Of a stretch of 64,000 nt of DNA, positions 10,701-22,130 are shown one piece after another (the stretch's first letter is position 1; each line of letters opens with the position of its first letter). The notes beneath the pieces are model-generated. The model did no database searches. It saw nothing but the letters and a program-made list of their open reading frames with translations, and was not told the origin of the DNA. The position numbers were made by a program, and so were the translations under genes. This DNA comes from Haplodiscus bocki (taxonomy: Eukaryota): the NCBI GenBank assembly GCA_965655095.1, contig OZ296649.1:37696001-37760000 (forward strand). Reading direction: 5' to 3'.

Positions 10701-13700
10701 CCACCCGTCAAGCCACCTGCTGCAAAGAAACCTGCTGTTGCTCCGACTAAACCCGTACAGAAAGCGAAGCAACAGGAATCTCCTGACGAGACATCTGACA
10801 ATGAACCACCCGTCAAGCCACCTGTTGCAAAGAAACCTGCTGTTGCTCCGACTAAACCCGTACAGAAAACGAAGCAACATGAATCTTCTGACGAAACATC
10901 TGACAATGAACTACCCTTCAAGCCACCTGTTGCAAAGAAACCTGCTGTTGCTCCGACTAAACCCGTGCAGAAGACAGAGCAACCAGAATCTTCTGATGCG
11001 GATTCTGACGATGAACCACCAGCGAAACTACAAGTTGCTAAGAAACCCGCTGTTGCGCCTGCGAAATCCGTGCAGAAAACGAAGCAACAAGAATCTTCTG
11101 ACGAGACGTCTGACAATGAACCACCCGTCAAGCCACCTGTTGCAAAGAAACCCGCTGTTGCCCCTGCGAAACCCGTGCAGAAAACGAAGCAACAGGAATC
11201 TTCTGACGAGACATCTGACAATGAACCACCCGTCAAGCCACCTGTTGCAAAGAAACCTGCTGTTGCTCCGACTAAACCCGTGCAGAAAACGAAGCAACAA
11301 GAATCTTCTGACGAGACATCTGACAATGAACCAGCCGTCAAGCCACCTGTTGCAAAGAAACCTGCTGTTGCTCCGACTAAACCCGTACAGAAAACGAAGC
11401 AACAAGAATCTTCTGACGAGACATCTGACAATGAACCAGCCGTCAAGCCACCTGTTGCAAAGAAACCTGCTGTTGCTCCGAGTAAACCCGTACAGAAAAC
11501 GAAGCAACATGAGTCTTCTGACGAAACATCTGACAATGAACCACCCGTCAAGCCACCTGTTGGAAAGAAACCTGCTGTTGCTCCGACTAAACCCGTGCAG
11601 AAGACAAAGCAACCAGAATCTTCTGATGCGGATTCTGACGATGAACCACCAGCGAAACTACAAGTTGCTAAGAAACCCGCTGTTGCGCCTGCGAAACCCG
11701 TGCAGAAAACGAAGCAACAAGAATCTTCTGACGAGACGTCTGACAATGAACCACCCGTCAAGCCACCTGTTGCAAAGAAACCCGCTGTTGCCCCTGCGAA
11801 ACCCGTGCAGAAAACGAAGCAACAGGAATCTTCTGACGAGACATCTGACAATGAACCACCCGTCAAGCCACCTGTTGCAAAGAAACCTGCTGTTGCTCCG
11901 ACTAAACCCGTGCAGAAAACGAAGCAACAAGAATCTTCTGACGAGACATCTGACAATGAACCAGCCGTCAAGCCACCTGTTGCAAAGAAACCTGCTGTTG
12001 CTCCGACTATACCCGTACAGAAAACGAAGCAACATGAATCTTCTGACGAAACATCTGACAATGAACCACCCGTCAAGCCACCTGTTGCAAAGAAACCTGC
12101 TGTTGCTCCGACTAAACCCGTGCAGAAAACGAAGCAACAAGAATCTTCTGACGAGACATCTGACAATGAACCAGCCGTCAAGCCACCTGTTGCAAAGAAA
12201 CCTGCTGTTGCTCCGACTAAACCCGTGCAGAAGACAAAGCAACCAGAATCTTCTGATGAGGCTTCTGACGACGAACCACCAGCGAAGCCACAAGGTGCTA
12301 AGAAACCCGCTGTTGCCCCTGCGAAACCCGTGCAGAAAACGAAGCAACAAGAATCTTCTGACGAGACGTCTGACAATGAACCACCCGTCAAGCCACCTGT
12401 TGCAAAGAAACCTGCTGTTGCTCCGACTAAACCCGTGCAGAAGACAAAGCAACCAGAATCTTCTGACGAAACATCTGACAATGAACTACCCGTCAAGCCT
12501 CCTGTTGCAAAGAAACCTACTGTTGCTCCGACTAAACCCGTGCAGAAGACAAAGCAACGAGAATCTTCTGATGAGGCTTCTGACGACGAACCACCAGCGA
12601 AGCCACAAGGTGCTAAGAAACCCGCTGTTGCCCCTGCGAAACCCGTGCAGAAAACGAAGCAACAAGAATCTTCTGACGAGACGTCTGACAATGAACCACC
12701 CGTCAAGCCACCTGTTGCAAAGAAACCTGCTGTTGCTCCGACTAAACCCGTGCAGAAGACAAAGCAACCAGAATCTTCTGACGAGGATTCTGACGATGAA
12801 CCACCAGCGAAGCCACAGGTTGCTAAGAAACCCGCTGTTGCCCCTGCGAAACCCGTGCAGAAAACGAAGCAACAGGAATCTTCTGATGAGACATCTGACA
12901 ATGAACCAGCCGTCAAGCCACCTGTTGCAAAGAAACCTGCTGTTGCTCCGACTAAACCCGTACAGAAAACGAAGCAACAAGAATCTTCTGACGAGACGTC
13001 TGACAATGAACTACCCGTCAAGCCACCTGTTGCAAAGAAACCTGCTGTTGCTCCGACTAAACCCGTGCAGAAGACAAAGCAACCAGAATCTTCTGATGAG
13101 GATTCTGACGATGAACCACCAGCGAAGCCACAAGTTGCTAAGAAACCCGCTATTTCCCCTGCGAAACCCGTGCAGAAAACGCAGCAACCAGAATCTGATG
13201 AGGATTCTGACGATGAACCACCAGCGAAGCCACAAGTTGCTAAGAAATCCGCTGTTGCCCCTGCGAAACCCGTACAGAAAACGAAGCAACAGGAATCTTC
13301 TGACGAAACATCTGACAATGAACTACCCTTCAAGCCTCCTGTTGCAAAGAAACCTGCTGTTGCTCCGATTAAACCCGTGCAGAAGACAAAGCAACCAGAA
13401 TCTTCTGATGAGGATTCTGACGATGAACCACCAGCGAAGTCACAAGTTGCTAAGAAACCCGCTGTTTCCCCTGCGAAACCCGTGCAGAAAACGCAGCAAC
13501 CAGAATCTTCTGATGAGGATTCTGACGATGAGCCACCCGTCAAGCCACCTGTTGCAAAGAAACCCGCTGTTGCCCCTGCGAAACCCGTACAGAAAACGAA
13601 GCAACAGGAATCTTCTGACGAAACATCTGACAATGAACTACCCTTCAAGCCTCCTGTTGCAAAGAAACCTGCTGTTGCTCCGATTAAACCCGTGCAGAAG

Positions 13701-15029
13701 ACAAAGCAACCAGAATCTTCTGATGAGGATTCTGACGATGAACCACCAGCGAAGTCACAAGTTGCTAAGAAACCCGCTGTTTCCCCTGCGAAACCCGTGC
13801 AGAAAACGCAGCAACCAGAATCTTCTGATGAGGATTCTGACGATGAGCCACCAGCGAAGCCACAAGTTGCTAAGAAACCTGCTCTTGCTCCGAAGAAACC
13901 CGTGCAGAAGACAAAACAACAAGAATCTTCTGATGAGGAGTCTGACGATGATTCACCAGCGAAACCACAAGTTGCTAAAAAACCTGTTGCTCCGACTAGA
14001 CCCGTGCAGAAAACAAGGCAACAAGATTCTTCTGACGACGAGTGTGATGATGAACCGCCCGCGAAGCCACAAGTTGCTGAGAAACCTGTTATTGCTGCGA
14101 CGAAATCTGTGCAGAAAACGAAGCAAGATGAATCTTCTGACGAGGAGTCTGACGATGAACCACCGTTGAAGCCGCCGGTTTCAATGAAGCTTGCTGTTGC
14201 TCCTGCGAAACCGGTGCAGAAAAGGAAGCAACAAGAATCTTCTGACGATGAACCACATACGAAGCCACAAATTGCTAAGAAACCTGCTGTTGCTCCGGTG
14301 AAACCCGTGCAGAAAACGAAGCAAGATGAATCTTTTGACAAGGAGTCTGCCAATGAACCACTGACGAAGCCACAACTTTTGAAGAAACCTGAAACTACTC
14401 CGGTAAAGCCAGCTCAGAAACGAAAACAACAAGGATTTCCGGACGAGGAATCTGGCAATGGAGCCCCAGGAAAACCACCCGTTGCGAAAAGACCTACTTT
14501 TGCTTTCCCGAAACCAATGGGGAAACCGCAGAACCAAGAATCGTCCGATGAGGACTCCGAAGTTGATACACTAGGAAAAGCGCCAGGTGGAAAAACTTCT
14601 GTATTTGCCACCGCAAAATTAGTCTCCAAGCCTCAGCAGCAAGACTCATATGAAGAAGACTCTGATGATTTATCGCCAGTTACAAATCAATTTGCAGCCA
14701 CTCATACAACGGCAAAAGTTATTCCAGGAAGAAAGTCAAATATGACAGCAAATGAGGAGTCATATGATGATTCAGATAATGAGATATCGTTTAAAGCACA
14801 AGTTATGAAAAAATCAGCTGTTTCAGAAGGAAAAACTGTTAGTCGCAATGAAACGTTGCTGAAAAATCCTCCACAATCGTCCGACGAAGTGTCAACTGAT
14901 GGCCCCGAGCCTGAAGTGCTTCCTAAAGTGACACCAGTTAATAACTCAAACAAACATCCGGGCAATTCTAATGACGACTCTGATGACTCCGCTAATAGTA
15001 GAAAGAATGGGAATGCAGTTTTTTCAAAG
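7740..15029 (+). CDS. NOLC1: Nopp140/NOLC1 giant central exon (alternating acidic-serine and K/P/A-rich basic repeats)
   Basis: Uninterrupted ORF of more than 2,400 aa. Acceptor tttttag|7740, first ATG at 7746, donor AAG|gtaatt at 15029/15030 (phase 0). SSDEDSDDE CK2-type clusters alternate with PAKP..AKKPA tracts. Splices in frame to the SRP40_C exon. Confidence 0.85.
8567..14360 (+). repeat. Coding minisatellite, 105-bp (35-aa) unit, about 55 copies
   Basis: Unit QQESSDETSDNEPPVKPPVAKKPAVAPTKPVQKTK and variant QPESSDEDSDDEPPAKPQVAKKPAVAPAKPVQKTK. Confidence 0.97.
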
Positions 15030-16889
15030 GTAATTTATCGTCCAAATTATAAGAGCAACGGGGGCGGCTTCTGACTTCACAGAGACTCCCAATATTTCCA
15101 TATCTACTGAGAATTTGGAAAAGAGGCTAAGTTAAAAGTGTCTGAATTACTTTTAGTCAACCTTATTGAAACTTGTCATTATTTCTTAGAAGTCGGAAAC
15201 TATTAATTTTCACCAAAGCTGCTATAATTTTTTACTGGGTATGGAGAAGCTATTTAAATTATTCGAAATGCTTGTCCATTGTAAAAATCGAAAGTTGTCT
15301 GCGACTCTTGCTTTTTTGGAAATTATTGTGCTCGAGCTGTATTTATAAATGGGGCTGTAAAATATCTGGGGAGTAAGATCATATTTTAGTCGGCGCTGTG
15401 TGGAAAAGCCAACATTTTGCTGTGATATTTTTCTAAAACCACATCGAATTGTACATTTTGGTGACCAAAAATTTAGCCTTAAGTGGGCAATTGTACCATT
15501 TCTCGTACATATAGCTATTTTCTCAATTTTAATGTGGTATTTTTGCACTGAAAAAAATATACGTTCTGCCTCGTTGGAAGGTTTGCGACCAGTGCAAGTT
15601 TGGAAGCTTTTTGCGCGGTGCTTTCGCATTCGTTTTTGTGATGAGACTGAACTAGGTAAACTATTATGAAATATTACAAATTTATTTACTAATTTTTAAC
15701 CTAATCCTTTAAATCAGCTCATTTTGCCAGCCCTAAATGTTGGCGATGAACCCAGTGCCTTCTGAACCCAATATCATCCTCTGGTACTGCAAGCCCTGGG
15801 GTCTCCCCGAAGAAAAGCCTATAATTCTAACTAAGGGATGCGCGGCGACAAGGTTATCAGAACAAAAGTAAAGCTAATTGATAGGCCTTTATAATGAGTT
15901 GTGGATTGTTTTGTCAACTTGCAACAGTCTAAAAATTTGAGTTTCCCTTTTATTTAGACACTAAGCGTTGCTTATAGATTTTATTTTCTCTCTGTCACTC
16001 ATTTTCGCAAAGCGGCGTGACTGCATGGCTGAGCGATGAAAGTGAAGCATTATAATTTGACTTATTTACATATTTACATACAGTCATGATTTTATTTAAT
16101 GCGACTAAGCAATTTTGTTTGATACTCTTTACAAAATCCTAAGTGAGGAAGTAAATAAAGGAGATCAGAGTAAGCAAAGGTACTCTGAAAAAGCTCAATA
16201 AAAGGGCTAACACATGCCTATTATTTGCCAAAACAAGTACTTCAAAGAGATAGAAAATAGCATCCCAAATTTCAGTAAATATACTATGCAAGCATTTCGA
16301 ATATTGACTAATTTTGAGTTTTAGTTAGAAATCTTGACAATGACGTAAGTTAGCAAGAAACAATTTATATAATTTGTTAGTTTTGGTTATTCTCCAAAGC
16401 TTTTATCTTTATCACTTTTTTCAAAACTAGGAACTTTGCAGAGGAAATTGCAAAAAGTAAAAGTAATTTCAACCTCCTATTTTAATACATTGATTTTCAA
16501 ATTAAATAGATTCGAGATGAATTTTGGAATTGTTTTTGAAAACTTTTCCACCAACAGATGATATCAGCTGTCGCAGAAACATCAGAGGCATCTATTGATG
16601 AAATAAAATTCCTCAATTATTTTTTTGAAGTTACGATATTCTCAAGAGAATGGAAAATTCGGCCAAAAACGCATTTTCTAGTTTTTGCTCTATTCTTTTC
16701 CAGAAACTTTTTTTCGAATTATTAAAAAAACACCATTATAATCTTCTAAAATTTCTAAGAATATTTTGTTTCTGGTACTTTTGTCCAAAATAATTCTTCC
16801 CGAAGTTATTCGTATTTAAAGTTGACTTATGCGTTAAAGTTGTCGCATTAATTTAAATCATGGCTGTACATTTGTTGTTTTTCTTTTCC

Positions 16890-17895
16890 TTCGCTTCTCC
16901 AAGCTAGAGCAAACTTCATTATTTTTTCTCGATTTCAAGTACATGTAGTTATAGATTTCGCATCTTCGTTATAATTTAATTCGCATCTTCAGCTTTCTGA
17001 AAATTATCATTCAATTTTCGCTTAATTCCGTTTTTGTACTTTTCGAACTTAGCGCTTAATACTTAGCACCATTGGAGCCTATGTTTCAAATTACATTATT
17101 TGTCGAATCTTTGCAGTACTCGCTTGTAAATTGTGACCAGACTTTCAATATGAATAATACTAAACATTGGTTGAGATTGAACATTTTTTAACCGTTACGT
17201 TCCGAAAATGGATTCAAACTACTTGACTTGCGAAAACTTTTAGATTTCTGAGCAGTGGATTGTTGATGACGCATGTTCGAGGAACTTTTGACGGTTACAT
17301 GGCCATTGTTAATTTCATAGTAATTGAAAAATGTAAAATTTTTTCTACAGGCGTCTTTCATCTACTTGCTTCCTATGACCTGGTTGTTGATTCTCCACCC
17401 ACTCGCATAGGTTTCCGGTATGAAGCAAATTGCCTTACAGGAAGATGCCGATTCATCTTTCTTTTCTGGATCACTATCTCCTTTCGTTTGTTGTTATCAA
17501 AAATGCCTCTATTCTTTTGCATCGAGCGAAAATTTGACGCCTATTGAATTTTATTTTTCAGTCACAAGCTCATTTTTGGGAAAATGGACGTCATTATTCA
17601 CCCTGATCGCTTGCAAGTAATAGATGTTAAGAGATTTAATTTTTCTCTGAAAGTTTTAGTTTTTAACCATAATAATCTAGAAGTATCAGTTAGTATTAAT
17701 TCATCTTTATTTCTACCCAGCTAATGTCTTAGCCCTTAATGCCTAGCGTCTGTGAATCTTATTCTTTATAGATGGGGCAAAACCTAGGTTTAACCTGATA
17801 AGCACTGACCAGGCTTGTTGAAACTAATTTGATGAAATAATTATGTGCAATTTCAGATTGTGTAGGATTTTTGTTGGAATAGAAGTCGAATTACC
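16890..17895 (+). repeat. Dispersed repeat A, copy 2 (in the last Nopp140 intron)
   Basis: Diverged direct copy of 3785-5090 with an internal deletion. Confidence 0.8.
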
Positions 17896-18010
17896 ATTTT
17901 TACTCTAATAATCTTTTTTGATCCCGTCAGCTGATTATTCTTGTTATCTATTTCGAATTTTGGTTTTTTGTGAAATAGATCAAGAATGTTGTGAGTCAAT
18001 TTCATTCCAG

Positions 18011-18400
18011 GTGACGCTAGGTCGAAATTGCGCCGATAATTCTGGATCACATCATGGAGGAACATACAACCCCCTACAGAGCGAGAAAAAGTATAACAGA
18101 AGTCAATGGAATTATGATTCTGCATTCGAAAGAAGCGATTCTTTGAATCATAAAACGGAAAGAAGAAAAAGCGAGCCTTTCAGAAGAGTAAAGGCCGAAG
18201 ATTATTCGTCACATGAAATGGGAAAGTTAGACAACCGCTTCAACTCTTTACCCAATGCCAGACAGAGTTGGGGCTACAAAGCCAATGAGCAATTGTCAGT
18301 TGTTGTTGGGAAGAATTTCAAGCACGAGAAAACAAAGAAGAAGAAGGGATTCTATATGGGTGGCCAAATTGACACAACTGTGAAGTCCATCAAATTTTAA
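18011..18400 (+). CDS. NOLC1: Nopp140/NOLC1 last exon, SRP40 C-terminal domain
   Basis: Acceptor ttcattccag|18011, phase 0. PFRRVK...LDNRF...SWGYKANEQLSVVVGKNFKHEKTKKKKGFYMGGQIDTTVKSIKF* is the SRP40_C signature (PFRRV..., WG.KA...L....GK.F.HEKTKKKRGSY.GG.I...V.SIKF). Confidence 0.93.
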   Translation: MTLGRNCADNSGSHHGGTYNPLQSEKKYNRSQWNYDSAFERSDSLNHKTERRKSEPFRRVKAEDYSSHEMGKLDNRFNSLPNARQSWGYKANEQLSVVVGKNFKHEKTKKKKGFYMGGQIDTTVKSIKF

Positions 18401-18673
18401 GTTTTGTTTTTTTTTGTGATTGCAGAAAACTCCAAGTTTTTTGCAATTGATGCATTGCTTTTGATGAAATTGGTTTACTCTATTTGCTTTTGGGAATTAA
18501 ATTGTATTCCATGGCATTTATTGCAGACAAATGTGAACAAAAATCAGTTTATCGATCTAGTGTTATAATTAACAAAGACAGGTGTTGGAAGAATCCGTAG
18601 TAAATGTAGCTCAACTAAAACTGGCAATGTAAGAATACTCAACAATCGAAGATAAAAGACTTTTTTGATAGTA

Positions 18674-18679
18674 AATAAA
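18674..18679 (+). promoter_or_regulatory. Candidate polyadenylation signal of Nopp140
   Basis: AATAAA about 270 nt after the stop, followed by a GT/T-rich tract. Confidence 0.45.
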
Positions 18680-19599
18680 GTGTGTGTTTTTTTTCAACCA
18701 TCTTTTACTGGGAATTTTTTAACTGGCAGAGTTAGGGCTGTATCTGCCTACATAGGAACAAATTTAGTTTTTCAAAAGTTTGCGACTTTTTTTGGTCAAG
18801 GACGCAATGAATACTCACTAAGCAGCTGAAACGAAGCATGAATTTTTTTCTGGAACATCCTTATAAGTTGAATGAGATTAAATGGGTTTTGAAAAACCTC
18901 TAAGATGGCATTGAATTGAAGGTTAACTTTGTTTCATAATGTTCTTCGTAACATTCATAATGTTTCATTTTAACCAACTGATATAGCGTTTTTTGATTTC
19001 GCAATTTGATTTTTGGCCTGTAGGGAACTATTTTCTATATTAGTTATGTTTTTAGTGATGATCACTTCATGAAAAACGACAATGAAAGCTTCGCGCCTGG
19101 GATCAGTTTATGAAGGAAGTTAAATAGTCGCGAGGGGGGGGGGGGGGTTGATGGTGCAGTGCAAAAGGGCCAGGTTACAAGAAGTAAAAGTTGTTCATTT
19201 CTTGAATCACACCCCCCCCCCCACCCAAAAAACCATGTTACTGGAAAAGTTTGACTCAGCTGCAGACGTCAAAAGTAATAGATAAAAAGCAAGTGGCCTC
19301 CAGAGTTATTTCTGAGTGAAGAATTTTCGAGAAAAACTTCCTATTTCCAATATTCTTTCTACACAGGCTAGAACAGATAGCAACTATAATTTTTTTAAAT
19401 CTCTGTTGGCTTCATGGAACTCGCCTATCAAATTAAAAATAAAATAATTGTTTCAATTATTATCAACTGATGGGAGTACAAGGTAATGTACTATTGGACA
19501 GCAAAACAGCGAAGCTCACGTGTCACTTAACTTCTTAATCAAGTTTCACACAAAGCACTGAATTTGAAGGCGCATGAAGCTGAAATTTGTAGTTGAAGT

Positions 19600-22130
19600 G
19601 AGTAGTTGATATTTTTCTCTGTTCCCAAGTTGACAGCCTCCCCTTGTGTCTGTGAATTGTTCGTTAATCCATTCATGGGGATATCTGGTAAACAACAAAG
19701 CTTTAGATCTCCGAAAGTGATTACAAGTCTTTGACTACCTTTTAGAGACCTTTTATTACATTTTTTCAGAAAACAAAACGGAACTTTCAAGCATATGAAA
19801 TCTGTTCCTCTCTATTCAGCTCGGCAGACCTCTTTTTATCAAGAAATTTGAATTTTATTTTATCGTAATTTGAATTGGCTAGTAGAAATCTTGAATTTCC
19901 AAATAAAAGTACTCATTTACTTTTAATTTGCTTTTTGCAATTTGAGAAAAACTTATAAATGCATCTATCAAGGCCATATAGAAAGAATCCGTTTTTAATT
20001 CAACTCGACGAAATTTTTAGAGTCTCATTATCTGCCTCCGGGAAGTCATATCTGGATTCCAATCTTTTGCATTAATGAGATTACAAGAACCACTCAAATC
20101 GGTTCGTTTTGAATTAGTCTTTTTTAGCCATATTAGCCTTATGAAAATGATCAATTACAACATCATGGCTACAAAATTTTAGTGAAGTGATCTTCTTATG
20201 GACATTTCTTTTGTCAACGAACTGAGTGTTTTCAATTTTAGCTTTGTTGAGGAGCTCCCCTCAATACGCACTGTTCACAAAAGAATTTGGAGAGTTCAAC
20301 AACAACGCTTAAAGACATCAATAGATCGTTTTTGTGTTATTAGTTAAACTCGTAAAAGTTAAATTAAATCGTTTCTGCTTTCCTGTTGGATGAAACTAAC
20401 TTTTGAGATACTCTAATCTTTGCTTGTGACGACTTGTGGTAAACTGTAGATAACGTAAATTTCTCGCCAAAAAATTTGCCAAGAAACTTTTCATCAAAAC
20501 ATTCTGTTGACCTTACCCATGCCTTTCGGAGAAAAATTGTTGGTGCCCAATTGTTTTATTTTTGATAAATTGATGGGATTTCGTTCATAATTTTTTGCAA
20601 GTTTCCAGATTCTACGCCAAATTTGGCACTGCCATATATTTTTGCCATCCAGAATCTTTTCAAGCAGTTAATCGTTGAAATCTTTGCCGCTTTCTGGTCC
20701 AAAGTGCAAAACAATGTTTGAACTCGGAGTCCATAAACAGTCTTTTCTTCCCGAGGCAATCTCTTTGCTCGCATGCGCAATAACGCTTGCTCCCGGAACC
20801 GTTAAGTTTGCTAGTGTGTTCCATTTATGGCCTGTGGCTAAAACACATTGCAATATTTGGTATGAACAAATGCGTTAAAAAGCAACCAATTGAAAAATTA
20901 CACGTGCATGATGAAAGCCAACAAAAAATTCCCACATTTTTTCCATGTGACATAAGCGTCTGGACGAAAGTCCTATTTCGAGGTGAGTGTCCACAACAAA
21001 CAAAAGTTCCTTTGTTGGTTCAGTTGAACAAAGATCGCCTTTAAATGTGAAATCTGCAAATTATTCCAATAAATGCATGAACAATCCTACTTGTGCATCA
21101 GTATCTTCTGTTGAAAATGTCAAAAAAATGTTGGCAAATCAGTCAACTGAAACCACGGGAATCTGTTCTAGAAAACTACGTTGCCAAGGTTTTGATGTGC
21201 TCCAGCTGATACTGCCAGGTATCAGTGTTGTTTACATTTGTTGCTAGATCGATTGTTGGTTTGCACTTGCGTAGCGATTCAAAATCGAGAGATACAAAAT
21301 ATTTGTGGCTGTTCTTTGACGTCGCAACGATGACATTCAAAAAACTCAACTGTTCAGAAAGTAATGCTCGGAACAAACTTTCCCGAATGCTGCATTTTTT
21401 TGTTGGAATGACGCACTGTTTCAAATGCCTGTTCAGGTTTCTGGTGTTGGTTAACTATTGGTCAAAAGTGATAAATCATAGTCACGAGGCGTTGCATATC
21501 TCTAATCAAATAAGTATGGTTACCGGAAGACAGCAGGTTTGTATGCTGTTTCTGATTTTCAAATCTAAACTCAATTTGATACTTCTTCACACAAACTCTG
21601 ATCTTGTCAAGTTCAGACAAAGAAACGAAGGCGTTGCAACTTTTATTACACGTCCTGCAAATCTGTATGTCCTACTCGAGATTTCAAAAAAAATTTCAAA
21701 AAAATCTCTCTACACCGTCTCGGTAACTTTGAAACGACATTCTAGATAGTTTCGAAGATCCGCTGACTTTTTGAGAAAAGTGTTGCGAAAACTTGAACGA
21801 TGTAAACATCGTCATTAAGCAATTTTGTTGCTTCGTTTGCCTCCAAAGTCTAAATACATAGTGTGAATATGCATGCTAATGAAGTTGCGCGTGATCAAAT
21901 CCCCATGGTATATGAGGCAAAAAAACTAGCAACAAAATCTTTAGTGGCCAGACAAACTGACAAAGACTGTGAACTTCAGAAAATTCATCTTTTTGAAATA
22001 GCGCTTCTTTGATAAGCTGGAATTTTTTTGCTTTCGTTATGATACAGCTTCGACGAAAGTCCAGTGTTTTTACTAGAATGGAAGTAACGGTAGTCGTTTG
22101 CTTCAATTTCTGGCATAATGTATTCAAAAT
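19600..22130 (-). pseudogene. Decayed Polinton/Maverick-type DNA polymerase B gene
   Basis: Minus-strand motifs in the expected order: LPHIPWG (N-terminal region, ~21900), LDFES (exonuclease I, 21275-21289), VNSAY* (motif B NSxYG, 20261-20278), EPI...AK, and VELKTDSFYMAL (motif C DTDS, 19969-20004). Many stops and frameshifts. Confidence 0.7.

Noticed and set aside
8414-14353. Antisense and +1 long ORFs, and the many short minus-strand ORFs, as separate genes
   Set aside because: Explained by amplification of the 105-bp unit; they begin and end with the array. Kept only as a low-interest finding.
15638-15765. Intronic C/D box snoRNA (GTGATGA...CTGA)
   Set aside because: No terminal stem and no rRNA-complementary guide that I could identify.
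360-18400. Functional clustering of INTS5 and Nopp140 (both linked to snRNA/Cajal body biology)
   Set aside because: Adjacency alone is not evidence; no shared regulatory or operon signal is visible.
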